Below are positions 52,453 to 63,496 of a DNA stretch of 64,000 bases, piece by piece. The notes under the pieces were generated by a model. That model searched no databases, was not told the origin of the DNA, and saw only the letters and a list, made by a program, of their open reading frames with translations. This stretch comes from Escherichia coli (GTDB taxonomy: Bacteria > Pseudomonadota > Gammaproteobacteria > Enterobacterales > Enterobacteriaceae): NCBI RefSeq assembly GCF_044324875.1, contig NZ_CP172185.1; one strand, written 5' to 3'. A program made the position numbers and the translations under genes. Position 1 is the stretch's first letter. The number at the start of each line of letters is the position of its first letter.

Positions 52453-52926
52453 ATGAACTACGAGATTAAGCAGGAAGATAAACGTACCGTTGCAGGTTTC
52501 CATCTCGTTGGCCCGTGGGAACAGACGGTAAAGAAAGGTTTTGAGCAGTTGATGATGTGGGTAGATAGCAAAAATATTGTGCCGAAGGAGTGGGTTGCTG
52601 TCTATTACGACAATCCGGATGAAACACCCGCCGAAAAATTACGCTGCGACACCGTCGTGACGGTACCGAATAACTTTACGCTCCCCGAAAACAGTGAGGG
52701 CGTCATTCTGACAGAAATTTCAGGTGGTCAATATGCGGTGGCGGTGGCTCGTGTAGTCGGTGATGATTTTGCTAAACCCTGGTATCAGTTCTTTAATAGC
52801 CTCTTGCAGGACAGTGCTTATGAAATGTTACCAAAGCCCTGCTTCGAGGTTTACTTGAACAATGGCGCGGAAGAGGGGTACTGGGATATCGAAATGTATG
52901 TTGCGGTGCAGCCAAAACATCACTAA
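52453..52926 (+). CDS. sbmC: DNA gyrase inhibitor SbmC (GyrI)
   Basis: 157-aa [40 protein letters not shown]... Confidence 0.9.
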   Translation: MNYEIKQEDKRTVAGFHLVGPWEQTVKKGFEQLMMWVDSKNIVPKEWVAVYYDNPDETPAEKLRCDTVVTVPNNFTLPENSEGVILTEISGGQYAVAVARVVGDDFAKPWYQFFNSLLQDSAYEMLPKPCFEVYLNNGAEEGYWDIEMYVAVQPKHH

Positions 52927-53123
52927 TTCATCTCAGGGCGGTGTGTTGACGCGAAGACCTCTCTTTTTTTGAAAGCGAAAAGAGTAAGATGCGCCTTTCA
53001 ATTTTTTCGCTCCTGCCGGGAAATTACACTGTTCCCGGTTTGTCCGTCGGATAATTCAGAGGCGCGCCTTCTGGCCGACAGATGAGTTATGAGCGCTTTT
53101 AATCTTCATTACGGAGTTTCTGC

Positions 53124-54182
53124 GTGCGTGCCGATAAGTCATTAAGCCCGTTTGAAATCCGGGTATACCGCCATTACCGCATTGTGCATGGTACTCGGGT
53201 CGCGCTGGCATTCCTGCTCACTTTTCTCATTATCCGCCTGTTTACTATCCCGGAAAGCACCTGGCCGCTGGTCACCATGGTGGTGATTATGGGGCCAATC
53301 TCGTTCTGGGGGAACGTTGTCCCTCGTGCCTTCGAACGTATTGGCGGTACGGTGTTGGGGTCGATTTTAGGTCTTATCGCTTTGCAACTGGAGTTAATCT
53401 CGTTACCGCTGATGTTAGTCTGGTGCGCGGCGGCCATGTTCCTTTGCGGTTGGCTGGCGCTGGGCAAGAAACCGTATCAAGGATTATTGATTGGGGTGAC
53501 GCTGGCAATTGTTGTTGGTTCCCCGACAGGTGAAATTGATACGGCGTTATGGCGAAGCGGCGATGTGATCCTCGGCTCTTTACTGGCAATGTTGTTTACC
53601 GGTATCTGGCCACAACGAGCGTTCATCCACTGGCGCATTCAACTGGCAAAAAGTCTGACCGAGTATAATCGGGTCTATCAATCTGCATTCTCACCGAACT
53701 TACTCGAACGCCCGCGTCTGGAAAGCCATCTACAAAAACTCCTGACCGATGCCGTGAAAATGCGTGGGCTGATTGCGCCCGCCAGCAAAGAAACCCGTAT
53801 TCCAAAATCGATATATGAAGGTATCCAGACCATTAATCGCAATCTGGTTTGTATGCTGGAGTTGCAAATCAATGCATACTGGGCCACGCGCCCCAGCCAT
53901 TTCGTGTTATTGAACGCGCAAAAACTTCGTGATACCCAGCACATGATGCAGCAAATACTGCTGAGCCTTGTTCATGCGCTGTACGAAGGTAATCCGCAGC
54001 CGGTTTTTGCCAATACGGAAAAATTGAACGATGCTGTGGAAGAGCTGCGTCTGTTGCTTAATAACCACCATGACCTGAAGGTTGTGGAAACACCAATCTA
54101 TGGTTATGTGTGGCTGAACATGGAAACGGCACATCAGCTTGAGTTGCTATCGAATCTGATTTGCCGGGCCTTGCGCAAATAA
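53124..54182 (+). CDS. yeeA: Inner membrane protein YeeA (FUSC/ArAE-like putative exporter)
   Basis: 352-aa ORF with N-terminal TM segments and a C-terminal soluble region. Confidence 0.82.
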   Translation: MRADKSLSPFEIRVYRHYRIVHGTRVALAFLLTFLIIRLFTIPESTWPLVTMVVIMGPISFWGNVVPRAFERIGGTVLGSILGLIALQLELISLPLMLVWCAAAMFLCGWLALGKKPYQGLLIGVTLAIVVGSPTGEIDTALWRSGDVILGSLLAMLFTGIWPQRAFIHWRIQLAKSLTEYNRVYQSAFSPNLLERPRLESHLQKLLTDAVKMRGLIAPASKETRIPKSIYEGIQTINRNLVCMLELQINAYWATRPSHFVLLNAQKLRDTQHMMQQILLSLVHALYEGNPQPVFANTEKLNDAVEELRLLLNNHHDLKVVETPIYGYVWLNMETAHQLELLSNLICRALRK

Positions 54183-54353
54183 TTCCTGAACTTCAGAATC
54201 ATCTTGCTGCTGCTTCGATTCAGCAAGGATAAAGGGTATGATAGTGAAAAGGGATAAAAGCATTGTCATCTGCGGCAGCTATGAGTAATGTTGGCCCTAA
54301 CGAATAGCGGTTGCTTAAACGAATCCGACTCTCACATTATCAGGGGTATAAAA

Positions 54354-54683
54354 ATGGAAACTACCAAGCCTTCATTCCAGGACGTACTGGAATTTGTTCG
54401 TCTGTTCCGTCGTAAGAACAAACTGCAACGTGAAATTCAGGACGTTGAGAAAAAGATCCGTGACAACCAGAAGCGCGTCCTGCTGCTGGACAACCTGAGC
54501 GATTACATCAAGCCGGGGATGAGCGTTGAAGCAATCCAGGGCATCATCGCCAGCATGAAAGGTGACTATGAAGATCGTGTTGACGATTACATCATCAAAA
54601 ATGCCGAGCTCTCCAAAGAACGCCGCGATATCTCCAAAAAGCTGAAAGCTATGGGCGAAATGAAAAACGGCGAAGCGAAGTAA
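54354..54683 (+). CDS. yeeX: UPF0265 family protein YeeX
   Basis: ORF 54288..54683; start taken at [30 protein letters not shown]... (109 aa, charged/coiled-coil). Confidence 0.85.
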   Translation: METTKPSFQDVLEFVRLFRRKNKLQREIQDVEKKIRDNQKRVLLLDNLSDYIKPGMSVEAIQGIIASMKGDYEDRVDDYIIKNAELSKERRDISKKLKAMGEMKNGEAK

Positions 54684-54696
54684 TTCCTGTTTTATT

Positions 54697-54724
54697 CAAT
54701 GAGGGTTGCCCGGCAACCCTCATT
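54697..54724. terminator. Bidirectional terminator hairpin between convergent yeeX and pduV
   Basis: aatgagggttgc-ccgg-gcaaccctcatt perfect 12-bp palindrome, flanked by T-rich sequence on the plus side. Confidence 0.55.
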
Positions 54725-54783
54725 GCTCATTGATTCTTTTCTGTGTATCAAAGTCATCATTCCCATCTGATAACCTATCGAAA

Positions 54784-55227
54784 TTAGCGACAGACATCTT
54801 CTGTATGCAGCAAGGCAAAAAGTTCTGTAACTCCATTGTTATTAACCGCACTGGTTACTAACACGTTGTGCGCTCCAGCTTCCCGTAACCAACATTTCAC
54901 CAAAGATATTTGTTCCATGCTGGCTAAATCTGCTTTGGTTACTACTCCAATGACCGGGCGATTCATTGACGAGGTAAAGCCTGGCGAAAAAGGGGACCAC
55001 GGTGCGTCCGCATTAAGCATCAGGGCGATAATGTCCGCTTCGCAGGCGCTGACCAACAATGCTCTGTAGAGGCTGCGGTTTTCGAGGTATTCGCCTGGTG
55101 TATCAATGGTGGTCGGGGACCAGACGATTGCCTGCGTTTTCTGATAATGAATATTTTCGCCACGCAGACATTGCGTGAGCGACGTTTTTCCGCACTGGCT
55201 GGGGCCGATGAGCATCATACGTTGCAT
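54784..55227 (-). CDS. pduV: EutP/PduV-family small GTPase (microcompartment-associated)
   Basis: 147-aa ORF with P-loop [10 protein letters not shown] and DTPGE switch motif; last gene of the pdu operon in this window. Confidence 0.85.
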   Translation of the reverse strand: MQRMMLIGPSQCGKTSLTQCLRGENIHYQKTQAIVWSPTTIDTPGEYLENRSLYRALLVSACEADIIALMLNADAPWSPFSPGFTSSMNRPVIGVVTKADLASMEQISLVKCWLREAGAHNVLVTSAVNNNGVTELFALLHTEDVCR

Positions 55228-55231
55228 AACG

Positions 55232-55582
55232 TCAGGTCCGCGTAATGGGGCAGGCGGTAAAGCGCATCATTTCACCCAGCGTACGGGTAACCTGGCTAAG
55301 TGCATATTCAATCGCAGAAACATCACCAGTCAGCACTACGGCACCGGTAAAACGATCAAGAAAACCGATCTCTACAGCGCCTGATTTTGTGGCGATATCA
55401 CATGCGATGATAGATGCTTCGCTGGGGGTAATTGTCAGAATGCCAATAGCAGAAACGGTGTCTGGTAAACCCAATTTCTTAAACAGATCCTTCCCTGGAT
55501 TGGCGATGACATGTGCCAGCGTGACCTGCTTACCAGGGACATATTCCTGAATCATCCGTTCAGTTGTGTGCTGAGTTGTCAT
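55232..55582 (-). CDS. pduU: BMC shell protein PduU (circularly permuted BMC domain)
   Basis: ORF 55232..55606; start taken at the Met overlapping the pduT stop (TAATG), giving 116 aa ...[32 protein letters not shown]... Confidence 0.85.
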   Translation of the reverse strand: MTTQHTTERMIQEYVPGKQVTLAHVIANPGKDLFKKLGLPDTVSAIGILTITPSEASIIACDIATKSGAVEIGFLDRFTGAVVLTGDVSAIEYALSQVTRTLGEMMRFTACPITRT

Positions 55583-56136
55583 TATCCCTCCACCATCTGA
55601 CGCCACATGGCTTCATGTGGACGGGCAATCACCGACCGATAGACCAACAAACCTTTTTCTCCCGCACGCTCGCTGGCGACAGAGACCGCGTTATTAACAT
55701 CTGAAATATCGCCAGCAACCACCATGTAGCATTTACCGCCAATGCCAAAAGCCATATGCACGCGAACAAGAATGACATTCGCAGCTTTGACAGCACAATC
55801 GGCAGCGTCAATGCAGGCGGCGACACTCCAGGTTTCGACTACGCCGACAGCCCGGTGCTGTTCAACTTGGTTCAGTCCGCTGATTGCAGAAAGGATGCTG
55901 GGATGAATATTCGGCAGGACAAGACTGTCGACCAGCATTTCACCAGCAAGGGAAGCACCGCTGTTGATGGCCTGTTGCACCGCGCCCACATCGCCACCGA
56001 GCATCAGCAGAAATTTTCCGGGGCATAGCGTTTTGCTGACCAGTAACTCAACGTTGGCGCTTTTCAGCATGGCGTCGCCGGTTTCCATCCCTTTCGCGAT
56101 ACTGCTAAGTTCTAAAATACCTACCGCTTTCGACAT
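55582..56136 (-). CDS. pduT: BMC shell protein PduT (tandem BMC domains)
   Basis: 184-aa ORF with two BMC-like repeats. Confidence 0.85.
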   Translation of the reverse strand: MSKAVGILELSSIAKGMETGDAMLKSANVELLVSKTLCPGKFLLMLGGDVGAVQQAINSGASLAGEMLVDSLVLPNIHPSILSAISGLNQVEQHRAVGVVETWSVAACIDAADCAVKAANVILVRVHMAFGIGGKCYMVVAGDISDVNNAVSVASERAGEKGLLVYRSVIARPHEAMWRQMVEG

Positions 56137-56138
56137 CG

Positions 56139-57482
56139 TTAACCTCTCACAAGCGTAATCGCGTTTTCTGTCACATCGCTGACCATGCCATCAATACTGG
56201 CATGAATGGGGGCACCTAATGTGCCGTGTGGAATTTGACCTACACATTGCCCATGAACGACGCGATCGCCTTTTTGTACACACGCAATTGCGCTGGCACC
56301 GATGTGCTGGCGTAACAATAACGTCACTTTTTCGGTCTGAGGCACCTGTTCAGACAATGGCGCATCCTGATACCACGGGGTTAAGCCCAGTCTGGTTACC
56401 AGCCGTTTTACGGGAATCAGTCGATAATTTGCCATGGGATCTGCAGGATTTAAGGTACCTTCGTAACGGAGATTTTGTGCGCGTAATTCCTGCTTAAGCA
56501 GGCGGTTTATGCGCATTGGTGAAATTCCTACCGGACAGGCGACGCTGGCGCAGACGTTGCACTCCGAACAGGTGAGCGCCGTCAGTAACAGTTGTGGCGT
56601 AGCGAGCTGTTGGTAGTTAACCGCACGTACTAATAAATGGGGTGCCAGTTCGTGACCGATTAAATGACGTGGGCAGAGATCGGTACACAAGCGGCATTGC
56701 TCACAAACAGTTTTCGCGACGGCAAGTACGCTGCGGTCATTCTGCATTCGACATTGGATCAGTGAATGAGAGTTGGGTAAAACCAGCAAGCCGCCAGTGG
56801 TTTTGCTGACTGGTGTGTCGAGCGATGTGATCAAACTGCCCATCATCGGTCCGCCATTGATAAAACCAGGAGCATCCACTGTTGCGCCGCCCGCCAGCGC
56901 CAGGACTTCACGTAAAGACATGCCGATGGGGACGGTTACCGTTATTGGTTTCGCCACTGCACCATTAACGGTGAGTGTGCGGCGCGTCACTGGATACTGT
57001 TGCTCGACGGCTCTGGCAATATTAAGTACGGTTTGAACATTATTGACCACCACACCGACGCTAACGGGTAATGCAGCGGGTGGAACGCGGCGACCAGTTG
57101 CCATCCAGATGGTCAGCACTTCGTCTCCTGCGGGGTAAACATCGGGCAAAATATGCAGGCGGATATCCGGTGGTAACAGTGGTGTGAGTGCGTTTATTGC
57201 CAGTTGATATTTCTCTTTCAGCGCGATGATTCCGCTGCTGGCCCCGGTGGCTTTCATCGCATAGTGAACACCGCGAAGCAGGCGGCTGGCTTGCTGCGCC
57301 ATTAACTGTTGATCCACTTTCAACATGGGTTCGCATTCCGCCGCATTCACCAGGAAAGTGTCAACACGCGCTTGTAGCTTAATATGGGTTGGAAAACCTG
57401 CGCCGCCAGCACCCACGACACCAGCTGCCTGTACTCGCTCGCGGATGGTCTGGTCGTCGCAGGAGGTTAACTCGACGTTCAT
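56139..57482 (-). CDS. pduS: Cobalamin reductase PduS (RnfC-like flavoprotein with two 4Fe-4S motifs)
   Basis: 447-aa ORF; Cys clusters [12 protein letters not shown] and [13 protein letters not shown]; NADH/FMN-binding region. Confidence 0.88.
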   Translation of the reverse strand: MNVELTSCDDQTIRERVQAAGVVGAGGAGFPTHIKLQARVDTFLVNAAECEPMLKVDQQLMAQQASRLLRGVHYAMKATGASSGIIALKEKYQLAINALTPLLPPDIRLHILPDVYPAGDEVLTIWMATGRRVPPAALPVSVGVVVNNVQTVLNIARAVEQQYPVTRRTLTVNGAVAKPITVTVPIGMSLREVLALAGGATVDAPGFINGGPMMGSLITSLDTPVSKTTGGLLVLPNSHSLIQCRMQNDRSVLAVAKTVCEQCRLCTDLCPRHLIGHELAPHLLVRAVNYQQLATPQLLLTALTCSECNVCASVACPVGISPMRINRLLKQELRAQNLRYEGTLNPADPMANYRLIPVKRLVTRLGLTPWYQDAPLSEQVPQTEKVTLLLRQHIGASAIACVQKGDRVVHGQCVGQIPHGTLGAPIHASIDGMVSDVTENAITLVRG

Positions 57483-58591
57483 AACAACTCCTCGAGCAGT
57501 TCTGCAATAGCGGTGGCATCAGCCGCACGCGGGTTGGTACGCAACGTTGCATCCGCCAGTGCCGCCTGAACCATATCTGGTATGCGTATTGACCATTCTG
57601 CTTTTTTTTCTTTCAGCACATTGGTAAGAGTCGGTAGCTTACAGGTTGTTTTAAGCTGTTCAATATGTTGAATAAGTGTATTCAGGCTGGCGGTGTCATT
57701 GGCGTTGTCCGGGCATAAATGGCACGTTTTCGCCAGCCGGGCGTAGCGTTTGGCAGCGCGCGGATCGCCAGCATTAAAGCGGATAACCGCCGTGAGCAGG
57801 AGCGCATTCGCCAGGCCGTGTGGCAGATGAAACTGTCCGCCGAGTTGATGAGCAATTGCATGGTTTAATCCCAGTCCAGCCTGGCTAAAGGCCATTCCTG
57901 CAAGTGTCGATGCATTATGCATTTTGCCACGGGTAGCGAGACAATCGCCTTTCTTCACTGCAGTGGGCAGGTATTGAAAAACAATTTGCACGGCTTTTTC
58001 GACCAGTGCATCCGTGAAGTCGCTGGCGCGGGGAGAAACATAAGCTTCAAGCGCATGGGTTAAAACATCCATCCCGGTATTGGCCGTTATCGCCGGTGGC
58101 ACGCTGACGACCAAAGATGGATCAAGGATCGCGATATCCGGATAAAGTGCATTATCGAAAAGGGGATATTTAATCCCTTTCTCAGGATCGCTGATGACAC
58201 AAGCACTGGTCACTTCGGAACCGGTACCGCTGGTGGTGGGAATGGCTACGCAGGTTTCAATTTCAATGCCACACTGGCGACCGAACCAGACAATTGCTTT
58301 TGCGGCGTCCAGGGCAGAACCGCCGCCAAAACCGATAACTACATCCGGGCGTAAAGTCTGCATTTGCGCAATGCCTTTCACCACGGTCTGGATAGTTGGG
58401 TCGGGCGTTATTTCGCTAAAAATACTGAGACGATTACTGTCGGGCAGCGCCTGATGCAACGTGTCAATAAGTGGTGAGCGTGCCAGAAAGGCATCGCAAA
58501 TAATCCAGATGTGTCTATGAGAGAAACGGCTAAGTACCTTGAGACTTCCTGGTCCGCTGTATAAACGCGTCTGCAGTGAAAAAGTATTCAT
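57479..58591 (-). CDS. pduQ: 1-propanol dehydrogenase PduQ (iron-containing alcohol dehydrogenase)
   Basis: 370-aa ORF; Fe-ADH family motifs (GGGSALDAAKA, His-rich metal site). Confidence 0.88.
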   Translation of the reverse strand: MNTFSLQTRLYSGPGSLKVLSRFSHRHIWIICDAFLARSPLIDTLHQALPDSNRLSIFSEITPDPTIQTVVKGIAQMQTLRPDVVIGFGGGSALDAAKAIVWFGRQCGIEIETCVAIPTTSGTGSEVTSACVISDPEKGIKYPLFDNALYPDIAILDPSLVVSVPPAITANTGMDVLTHALEAYVSPRASDFTDALVEKAVQIVFQYLPTAVKKGDCLATRGKMHNASTLAGMAFSQAGLGLNHAIAHQLGGQFHLPHGLANALLLTAVIRFNAGDPRAAKRYARLAKTCHLCPDNANDTASLNTLIQHIEQLKTTCKLPTLTNVLKEKKAEWSIRIPDMVQAALADATLRTNPRAADATAIAELLEELL

Positions 58592-58601
58592 TTCCGTTTC
58601 T

Positions 58602-59987
58602 CTAGCGAATTGAAAAGCCGCTGGTTAACACGCAGCGTCGTGAGCGGGCAAAAGTCCGTGCTGACGTTGTCCCTTCTCCGGTCGGTGTTGCAATGGTAAA
58701 GGTCGTAAAGCCTTCGCCGCCGACGCCAATACCCGCCCAGGAGGGGCCGTTTTTGACAAAGATTGAGGTTTGCATAACGCGTGCGGCAAGGTTGAGCCGT
58801 GAGACGTTCTGCGAGTGCATAATTGCCGTGTGGTGCAAGCCGTCTTCCACTTTCAGCGCCAGGGTGAGAGCGCTATCAAAATCGTTGACCTTCACAATGG
58901 GCAGCATTGGCATCAGTTGTTCACAAGTAACCCAACTATCATTGGCGTCGACAACAGCAATCAGTAGGCGCGGCGCTTTTGCGGGCAAAGGGAGGCCTGC
59001 CGCTTCCAGCAAGGCTGATGGGCTTTTCCCAACCAGTTTTTTGTTGGCGCTACCGTCTGGCAGGCAAATTGCACGCAATTTCTCCGTTTGCTCATAGTTA
59101 AGAAGAAGCGCGCCAAAACTTTGCATCTGCTGAATTAAATAATCTGCCACTGATGCCACGACAATCAGGCTTTTTTCAGCAATACACGGCAGGTTGTAAT
59201 CAAATGAAGCGCCGTTGATGATGTCCTCGGCGGCTTTCACAATATCCGCCGTTTCATCGACGATGCACGGAGGGTTACCCGCTCCGGCACCAATCACTTT
59301 CTTGCCACTTTTCATTCCCATGGCGACGATCCCCGGACCGCCGGTAATCGCCAGAACGCTGATTTTAGGGTGCGCCATCATCTGTTCGGTAGCAGCAAAG
59401 GTCGGTTCAGATACGGTAACGATCAGGTTATGAATGCCACTACAACGAAACGCGATGTCTTCGATTGTGGTAATCAGTTTTAACGAAACGTATTTGGCTC
59501 CCGGGTGTGGACTGAAGTAGACGCTATTACCTGCTGCCAGCATGCTGATGCTGTTGTTAATGATGGTTTCCGTGGGGTTGGTGCTTGGCGTGACCGAGCC
59601 AATAACCCCAAACGGGGAGTATTCAAACAAAACCATGCCACCATCACCGGTTAGTGCAGTGGTGGTTAAATCTTCAATTCCTGGCGTGTTATCGAGTGCC
59701 GCTTTGTTTTTTAGGTACTTATCTTCTTTATTTCCCATCCCCGTTTCTTTGGCGCTTTCTTCTGCCAGTTCGGTCAGGCGGGGTATTAATTCTTCGCGAA
59801 TGGCGCTGATAATGGCGCTACGGGTTTTAAGCGGGCACTGTTGAAAGCGTAAAAAGGCCTGGTGTGCTGCGCAGACCGCTTCATCAACAGTCTGGAAAAT
59901 AGCGTTTCTTTGCGCTCGTTGCGTAGCGGGGGCAAGCTGCTCACGCAGAATATTGCGGATCAGTGTTTCTAATTCAGAGTTATTCAT
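58602..59987 (-). CDS. pduP: CoA-acylating propionaldehyde dehydrogenase PduP
   Basis: 461-aa ORF of the aldehyde dehydrogenase superfamily with catalytic Cys region (DYNLPCIAEK). Confidence 0.88.
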   Translation of the reverse strand: MNNSELETLIRNILREQLAPATQRAQRNAIFQTVDEAVCAAHQAFLRFQQCPLKTRSAIISAIREELIPRLTELAEESAKETGMGNKEDKYLKNKAALDNTPGIEDLTTTALTGDGGMVLFEYSPFGVIGSVTPSTNPTETIINNSISMLAAGNSVYFSPHPGAKYVSLKLITTIEDIAFRCSGIHNLIVTVSEPTFAATEQMMAHPKISVLAITGGPGIVAMGMKSGKKVIGAGAGNPPCIVDETADIVKAAEDIINGASFDYNLPCIAEKSLIVVASVADYLIQQMQSFGALLLNYEQTEKLRAICLPDGSANKKLVGKSPSALLEAAGLPLPAKAPRLLIAVVDANDSWVTCEQLMPMLPIVKVNDFDSALTLALKVEDGLHHTAIMHSQNVSRLNLAARVMQTSIFVKNGPSWAGIGVGGEGFTTFTIATPTGEGTTSARTFARSRRCVLTSGFSIR

Positions 59988-60991
59988 TGGTTTACTCCCA
60001 CGTTAATTGCCGCCATTGCGCTTTGGGCAATATCCATGTCTTGTTCAACGCTACCACCGCTGATGCCAAGCCCCCCGAGCAATATTCCGTCACGCCAGAG
60101 GGGGAAGCCGCCACCAAAGGTGACGACTTTGCCTTGCATATGGCTTTCGAGCCCATAAAGCGGCGCGCCGGGTTGCACGGTATCAGCAAGCTTGTGGGTT
60201 GCTGTTTTCATCGCCACGGCGGTCCAGGCTTTTTTCGGTGCCAGTTCACTGCTGACCAACAGGGCATCAGGCATCCGCCAGGTAACACTTTCTGTTCCGT
60301 TGGCATCAACAATGCTGATGACAACGGGAATATGCAGTTCATCCGCGCGCATTGCCGCACTACGAATGAGCTGGTGAAGATCCTGAAATGTGAGCGGCAT
60401 TGTGCGTTCCTTCAATGCTGGTGTGTGGTTGGCTTCGTGATAACGTTTTGTGATTTCCTGAATCATCAGGTTTTGATGAGCAACGTTGTCTTCCACTCGG
60501 GCGAGGGCATACAGGCAATCGGAAAGTCGGTTGATATAGTGCAGCAAAACATTCCGGACGTTGGTTTCCGTTGTCAGTTCAACCAGACGTCTTTCAGCCC
60601 GTCGAGCCACTGTGCGGGCGAAATGCATGTGGCTTGCGGCTTCAGATCGACCAGGCAGAATGAAGCTGTGAACTGGGGGGACGGCGTTCATTGCGCTATC
60701 GATCGCGTTTTCCAGCGCAGCAATTTCTTCCGTACTGATGTAACGCTGCTTCGCTGACGGCTGTTCGCTTTCACTCGCGAGTTCGGCGCTAAACCAAAAT
60801 ATCTGTTGTTGAATGGCTTCCAGTAAGATGCGATGGCTTTCGATGGCGGTGGCGCAATAACACAGACTGAGTGTCGCGTTCAGTTCATCCAGCGTGCCAT
60901 AGGTTTCGACACGTAGATGAGTTTTGCTGACGCGCTGTCCGGTAAATAAAGACGTACTTCCTGAATCACCTGTTCGGGTATAAATTGCCAT
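59984..60991 (-). CDS. pduO: ATP:cob(I)alamin adenosyltransferase PduO (N-terminal PduO-type ATR fused to C-terminal DUF336-like domain)
   Basis: 335-aa ORF; N-terminus MAIYTRTGDSGSTSLFTGQRVSKTHLRVETYGTLDELNA matches PduO-type adenosyltransferases. Confidence 0.88.
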   Translation of the reverse strand: MAIYTRTGDSGSTSLFTGQRVSKTHLRVETYGTLDELNATLSLCYCATAIESHRILLEAIQQQIFWFSAELASESEQPSAKQRYISTEEIAALENAIDSAMNAVPPVHSFILPGRSEAASHMHFARTVARRAERRLVELTTETNVRNVLLHYINRLSDCLYALARVEDNVAHQNLMIQEITKRYHEANHTPALKERTMPLTFQDLHQLIRSAAMRADELHIPVVISIVDANGTESVTWRMPDALLVSSELAPKKAWTAVAMKTATHKLADTVQPGAPLYGLESHMQGKVVTFGGGFPLWRDGILLGGLGISGGSVEQDMDIAQSAMAAINVGVNQ

Positions 60992-61002
60992 CTTTCAGCT
61001 CC

Positions 61003-61278
61003 TTAGCGCGAAAGCGTATCGACAATGCCGACCACTGCCAGGTCGATGGCCTCATTAGGGCCGGAAAACACATGTCTGGCGCTGGAACCACTGCTGAGGA
61101 GTACCAACTCACCAACGCCTGCGCCGACTGAATCAACGGCAACTTCGTCGCCGGTTAATGGCGTGAGAGGCAGTTCGCCGTCAGCACTGACCCGGCGAAC
61201 CAGCAGCAGTTTTTTCCCGATCAGAGATGGTGATTTTTGCGTGGATACTACCGCGCCAGTGACTCGAGCCAGATGCAT
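61003..61278 (-). CDS. pduN: BMC vertex (pentamer) protein PduN (EutN/CcmL family)
   Basis: 91-aa [20 protein letters not shown]... Confidence 0.85.
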   Translation of the reverse strand: MHLARVTGAVVSTQKSPSLIGKKLLLVRRVSADGELPLTPLTGDEVAVDSVGAGVGELVLLSSGSSARHVFSGPNEAIDLAVVGIVDTLSR

Positions 61279-61281
61279 AGG

Positions 61282-61773
61282 TTACTCCTGCCTGATTAAC
61301 TGAATATTTCGGGTAATTGCCGCTTCACGAGCCAGTGCGGTCACACAACATTTCCGCTGTAACACCAATATTCCCGAGCTTAACTGTGCGATATCGACAT
61401 AACTTAAAAGTCGATCATGATGTAGGTAGATCGGTTGCCCTTGTTCGTCGCACCAGCTTAGCGGTAGACGGGCGAGAGTCTTCAATTCAATGGCGTTCAG
61501 GAAATGACGCTGCAACGACAATTGAATGTGCATTCCCCAGGCTAACGCTTCGTGTATCTGGATTGCTGCTCGATCTGACGTTTCGTTCTCCGCAAGTTGT
61601 CGCAGCAGCGGCAGATCGACATATCGGATTTGTAATGACGCATACTGATGAACGCTCTCTTGAACACTGGCGTCTCGCAGTTGAAAAACAGTCAGCACGA
61701 GTGTTTTTCCCGCACGTTGTTTAAGGCGAAAAACCACTTCGTCAACAATACGTTGCATCAGTATGTTATTCAT
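61282..61773 (-). CDS. pduM: Microcompartment protein PduM
   Basis: 163-aa ORF in the canonical position between pduL and pduN. Confidence 0.78.
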   Translation of the reverse strand: MNNILMQRIVDEVVFRLKQRAGKTLVLTVFQLRDASVQESVHQYASLQIRYVDLPLLRQLAENETSDRAAIQIHEALAWGMHIQLSLQRHFLNAIELKTLARLPLSWCDEQGQPIYLHHDRLLSYVDIAQLSSGILVLQRKCCVTALAREAAITRNIQLIRQE

Positions 61774-62402
61774 GGCATTGACACCAGTGTGGCAAAAACG
61801 TCAGGGCTATCAGCCCCTGCGGCGTTGGCCTCATCGGTATCAATATGCATTTCAAGACGCATATCCGGAGAGACGCGAACAGCGACGTTTTCGAATATCA
61901 GTCGTCGCTCATCACCTTCAATGGCAACCGCCACTTTATCGCCATGCGTAACGCCATAAATCAGGGCATCCAGCGGAGACATATGAATATGCCGTTGCGC
62001 GACAATGACGCCAGATGTGATCTCCAGTTCCGCAAATGGACTTATCAAACGAATCCCCGGAGTGCCGCTGAGATCGCCTGACATGCGTAGCGGGGCGGTG
62101 ATCCCTAACGTTCTGGCGTCCGTCCGGGAAATTTCCACCTGACTTGCATTGCGTAGCGGCCCCAACAAGCGAACGTTGTGCAATTTACCTTTTGGTCCCT
62201 CCAGCGTAACAACCTGTTCAGCAGCGAATTGGCCAGGTTGCATTAACGGCTTTTTCTCGCTAATCGGTTGTTCAGGAAAAAGACGCAAATAATCCGCTGT
62301 TGAAAGATGAATATGACGACTGGAAACACCCAGAGGGATAGGGCGCTCACGCATCTCATCCAGAATCTGGCTCACTGTTTCCTGCAAGGTTTGTTTATCC
62401 AC
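61770..62402 (-). CDS. pduL: Phosphate propanoyltransferase PduL
   Basis: 210-aa ORF; PduL/EutD-type phosphotransacylase repeats. Confidence 0.85.
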   Translation of the reverse strand: MDKQTLQETVSQILDEMRERPIPLGVSSRHIHLSTADYLRLFPEQPISEKKPLMQPGQFAAEQVVTLEGPKGKLHNVRLLGPLRNASQVEISRTDARTLGITAPLRMSGDLSGTPGIRLISPFAELEITSGVIVAQRHIHMSPLDALIYGVTHGDKVAVAIEGDERRLIFENVAVRVSPDMRLEMHIDTDEANAAGADSPDVFATLVSMP

Positions 62403-62404
62403 TG

Positions 62405-62827
62405 CTACTCCCCTCGCTTATTGGTGTGCAGGCAAAGTGAGCGGGGCTCACCTTTTTGCCGCTGACATGCCGGGTCAAGACACAAATTACAACTGATAAT
62501 CTCTGAGGTGACGGTTGTTGCTGGTGTTTCGCTTGTTTCAACCGTCCCAGTCAATGCTTCAGTTGTGTGGGGCAGAATGCCGTCTCCCGGGCGGGCAATT
62601 ACTTTGTGTGCGACAAGGCCATTTCGCTGTCCGGCGAAACTGGCTCCCGTCGCGATCGCCGCATTAACCGAGGCGACGTCACCGGTGATTTTGATGAGCG
62701 TCCAGCCTGAGCCATTGGTCTTCTCAAGGCCAACCAGCATGATAGACGCGGCTTTTGCCATAGCGTCTGCGCAACTGATAGCGAGTGCCAGACCACTGAC
62801 TTCAAGTAATCCCAGTGATTGCTTCAC
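62405..62827 (-). CDS. pduK: BMC shell protein PduK (BMC domain with Cys-rich C-terminal extension)
   Basis: 140-aa ORF; N-terminal BMC domain; C-terminal CNLCLDPAC...C motif. Confidence 0.8.
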   Translation of the reverse strand: MKQSLGLLEVSGLALAISCADAMAKAASIMLVGLEKTNGSGWTLIKITGDVASVNAAIATGASFAGQRNGLVAHKVIARPGDGILPHTTEALTGTVETSETPATTVTSEIISCNLCLDPACQRQKGEPRSLCLHTNKRGE

Positions 62828-62850
62828 GCTGTGCTCCTTAGCGAATGGGG

Positions 62851-63126
62851 TTATGCCGATTTAGGTAAAATAGCCTCAACATCACTGTGTGGGCGTGGGA
62901 TGACATGGCAGGATTTAACTTCGCCAACGGCGCTTGCCGCAGCGCTCCCCGCATCAACGGCGGCCTTTACTGCGCCAACATCACCGCGGACCATCACCGT
63001 AATCAGACCCGAACCAATCTTTTCATAGCCAACCAGCTGCACGTTGGCGGATTTAACCATGGCATCTGCAGCTTCAATTGCGCCAACTAACCCTTTTGTT
63101 TCAACCAGTCCTAGTGCGTTGTTCAT
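62851..63126 (-). CDS. pduJ: Major BMC hexamer shell protein PduJ
   Basis: 91-aa [63 protein letters not shown]...; canonical BMC-H. Confidence 0.9.
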   Translation of the reverse strand: MNNALGLVETKGLVGAIEAADAMVKSANVQLVGYEKIGSGLITVMVRGDVGAVKAAVDAGSAAASAVGEVKSCHVIPRPHSDVEAILPKSA

Positions 63127-63145
63127 ACTGCGTTTCTCCTGTGGA

Positions 63146-63496
63146 TTATGAGTGGAATTCCCGGAAGGGAATTCCTTTTACCAGGCGGGCAGCGTTAGTG
63201 CCGATGCTGCGCCGGGCATGGTTATCTTGTTGATACATCAGCGTAAACAGTGGCGCTGATGCTGGTAAGTTTTTGTAATGCACAATCAGTTTTTCCTGAT
63301 CGCAGGCAATGCCAACCAACAGGGGAGATTGACGAGCAGCCAGCCAGGCGCTATCGATAACTTCACCTGACGGAATGTGTTGAATGCGAAAGGGAATACC
63401 TTCCTCTTCAATGCCAAGAAGCACCTCATCCCATGTAGTGATACAGTCACCGATCTCCATGACGACGATGGCTGGTGCACGCTCTTTACCTTCCAT
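63146..63496 (-). CDS. pduH: Diol dehydratase reactivase small (beta) subunit PduH
   Basis: 116-aa ORF in the conserved position after pduG. Confidence 0.82.
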   Translation of the reverse strand: MEGKERAPAIVVMEIGDCITTWDEVLLGIEEEGIPFRIQHIPSGEVIDSAWLAARQSPLLVGIACDQEKLIVHYKNLPASAPLFTLMYQQDNHARRSIGTNAARLVKGIPFREFHS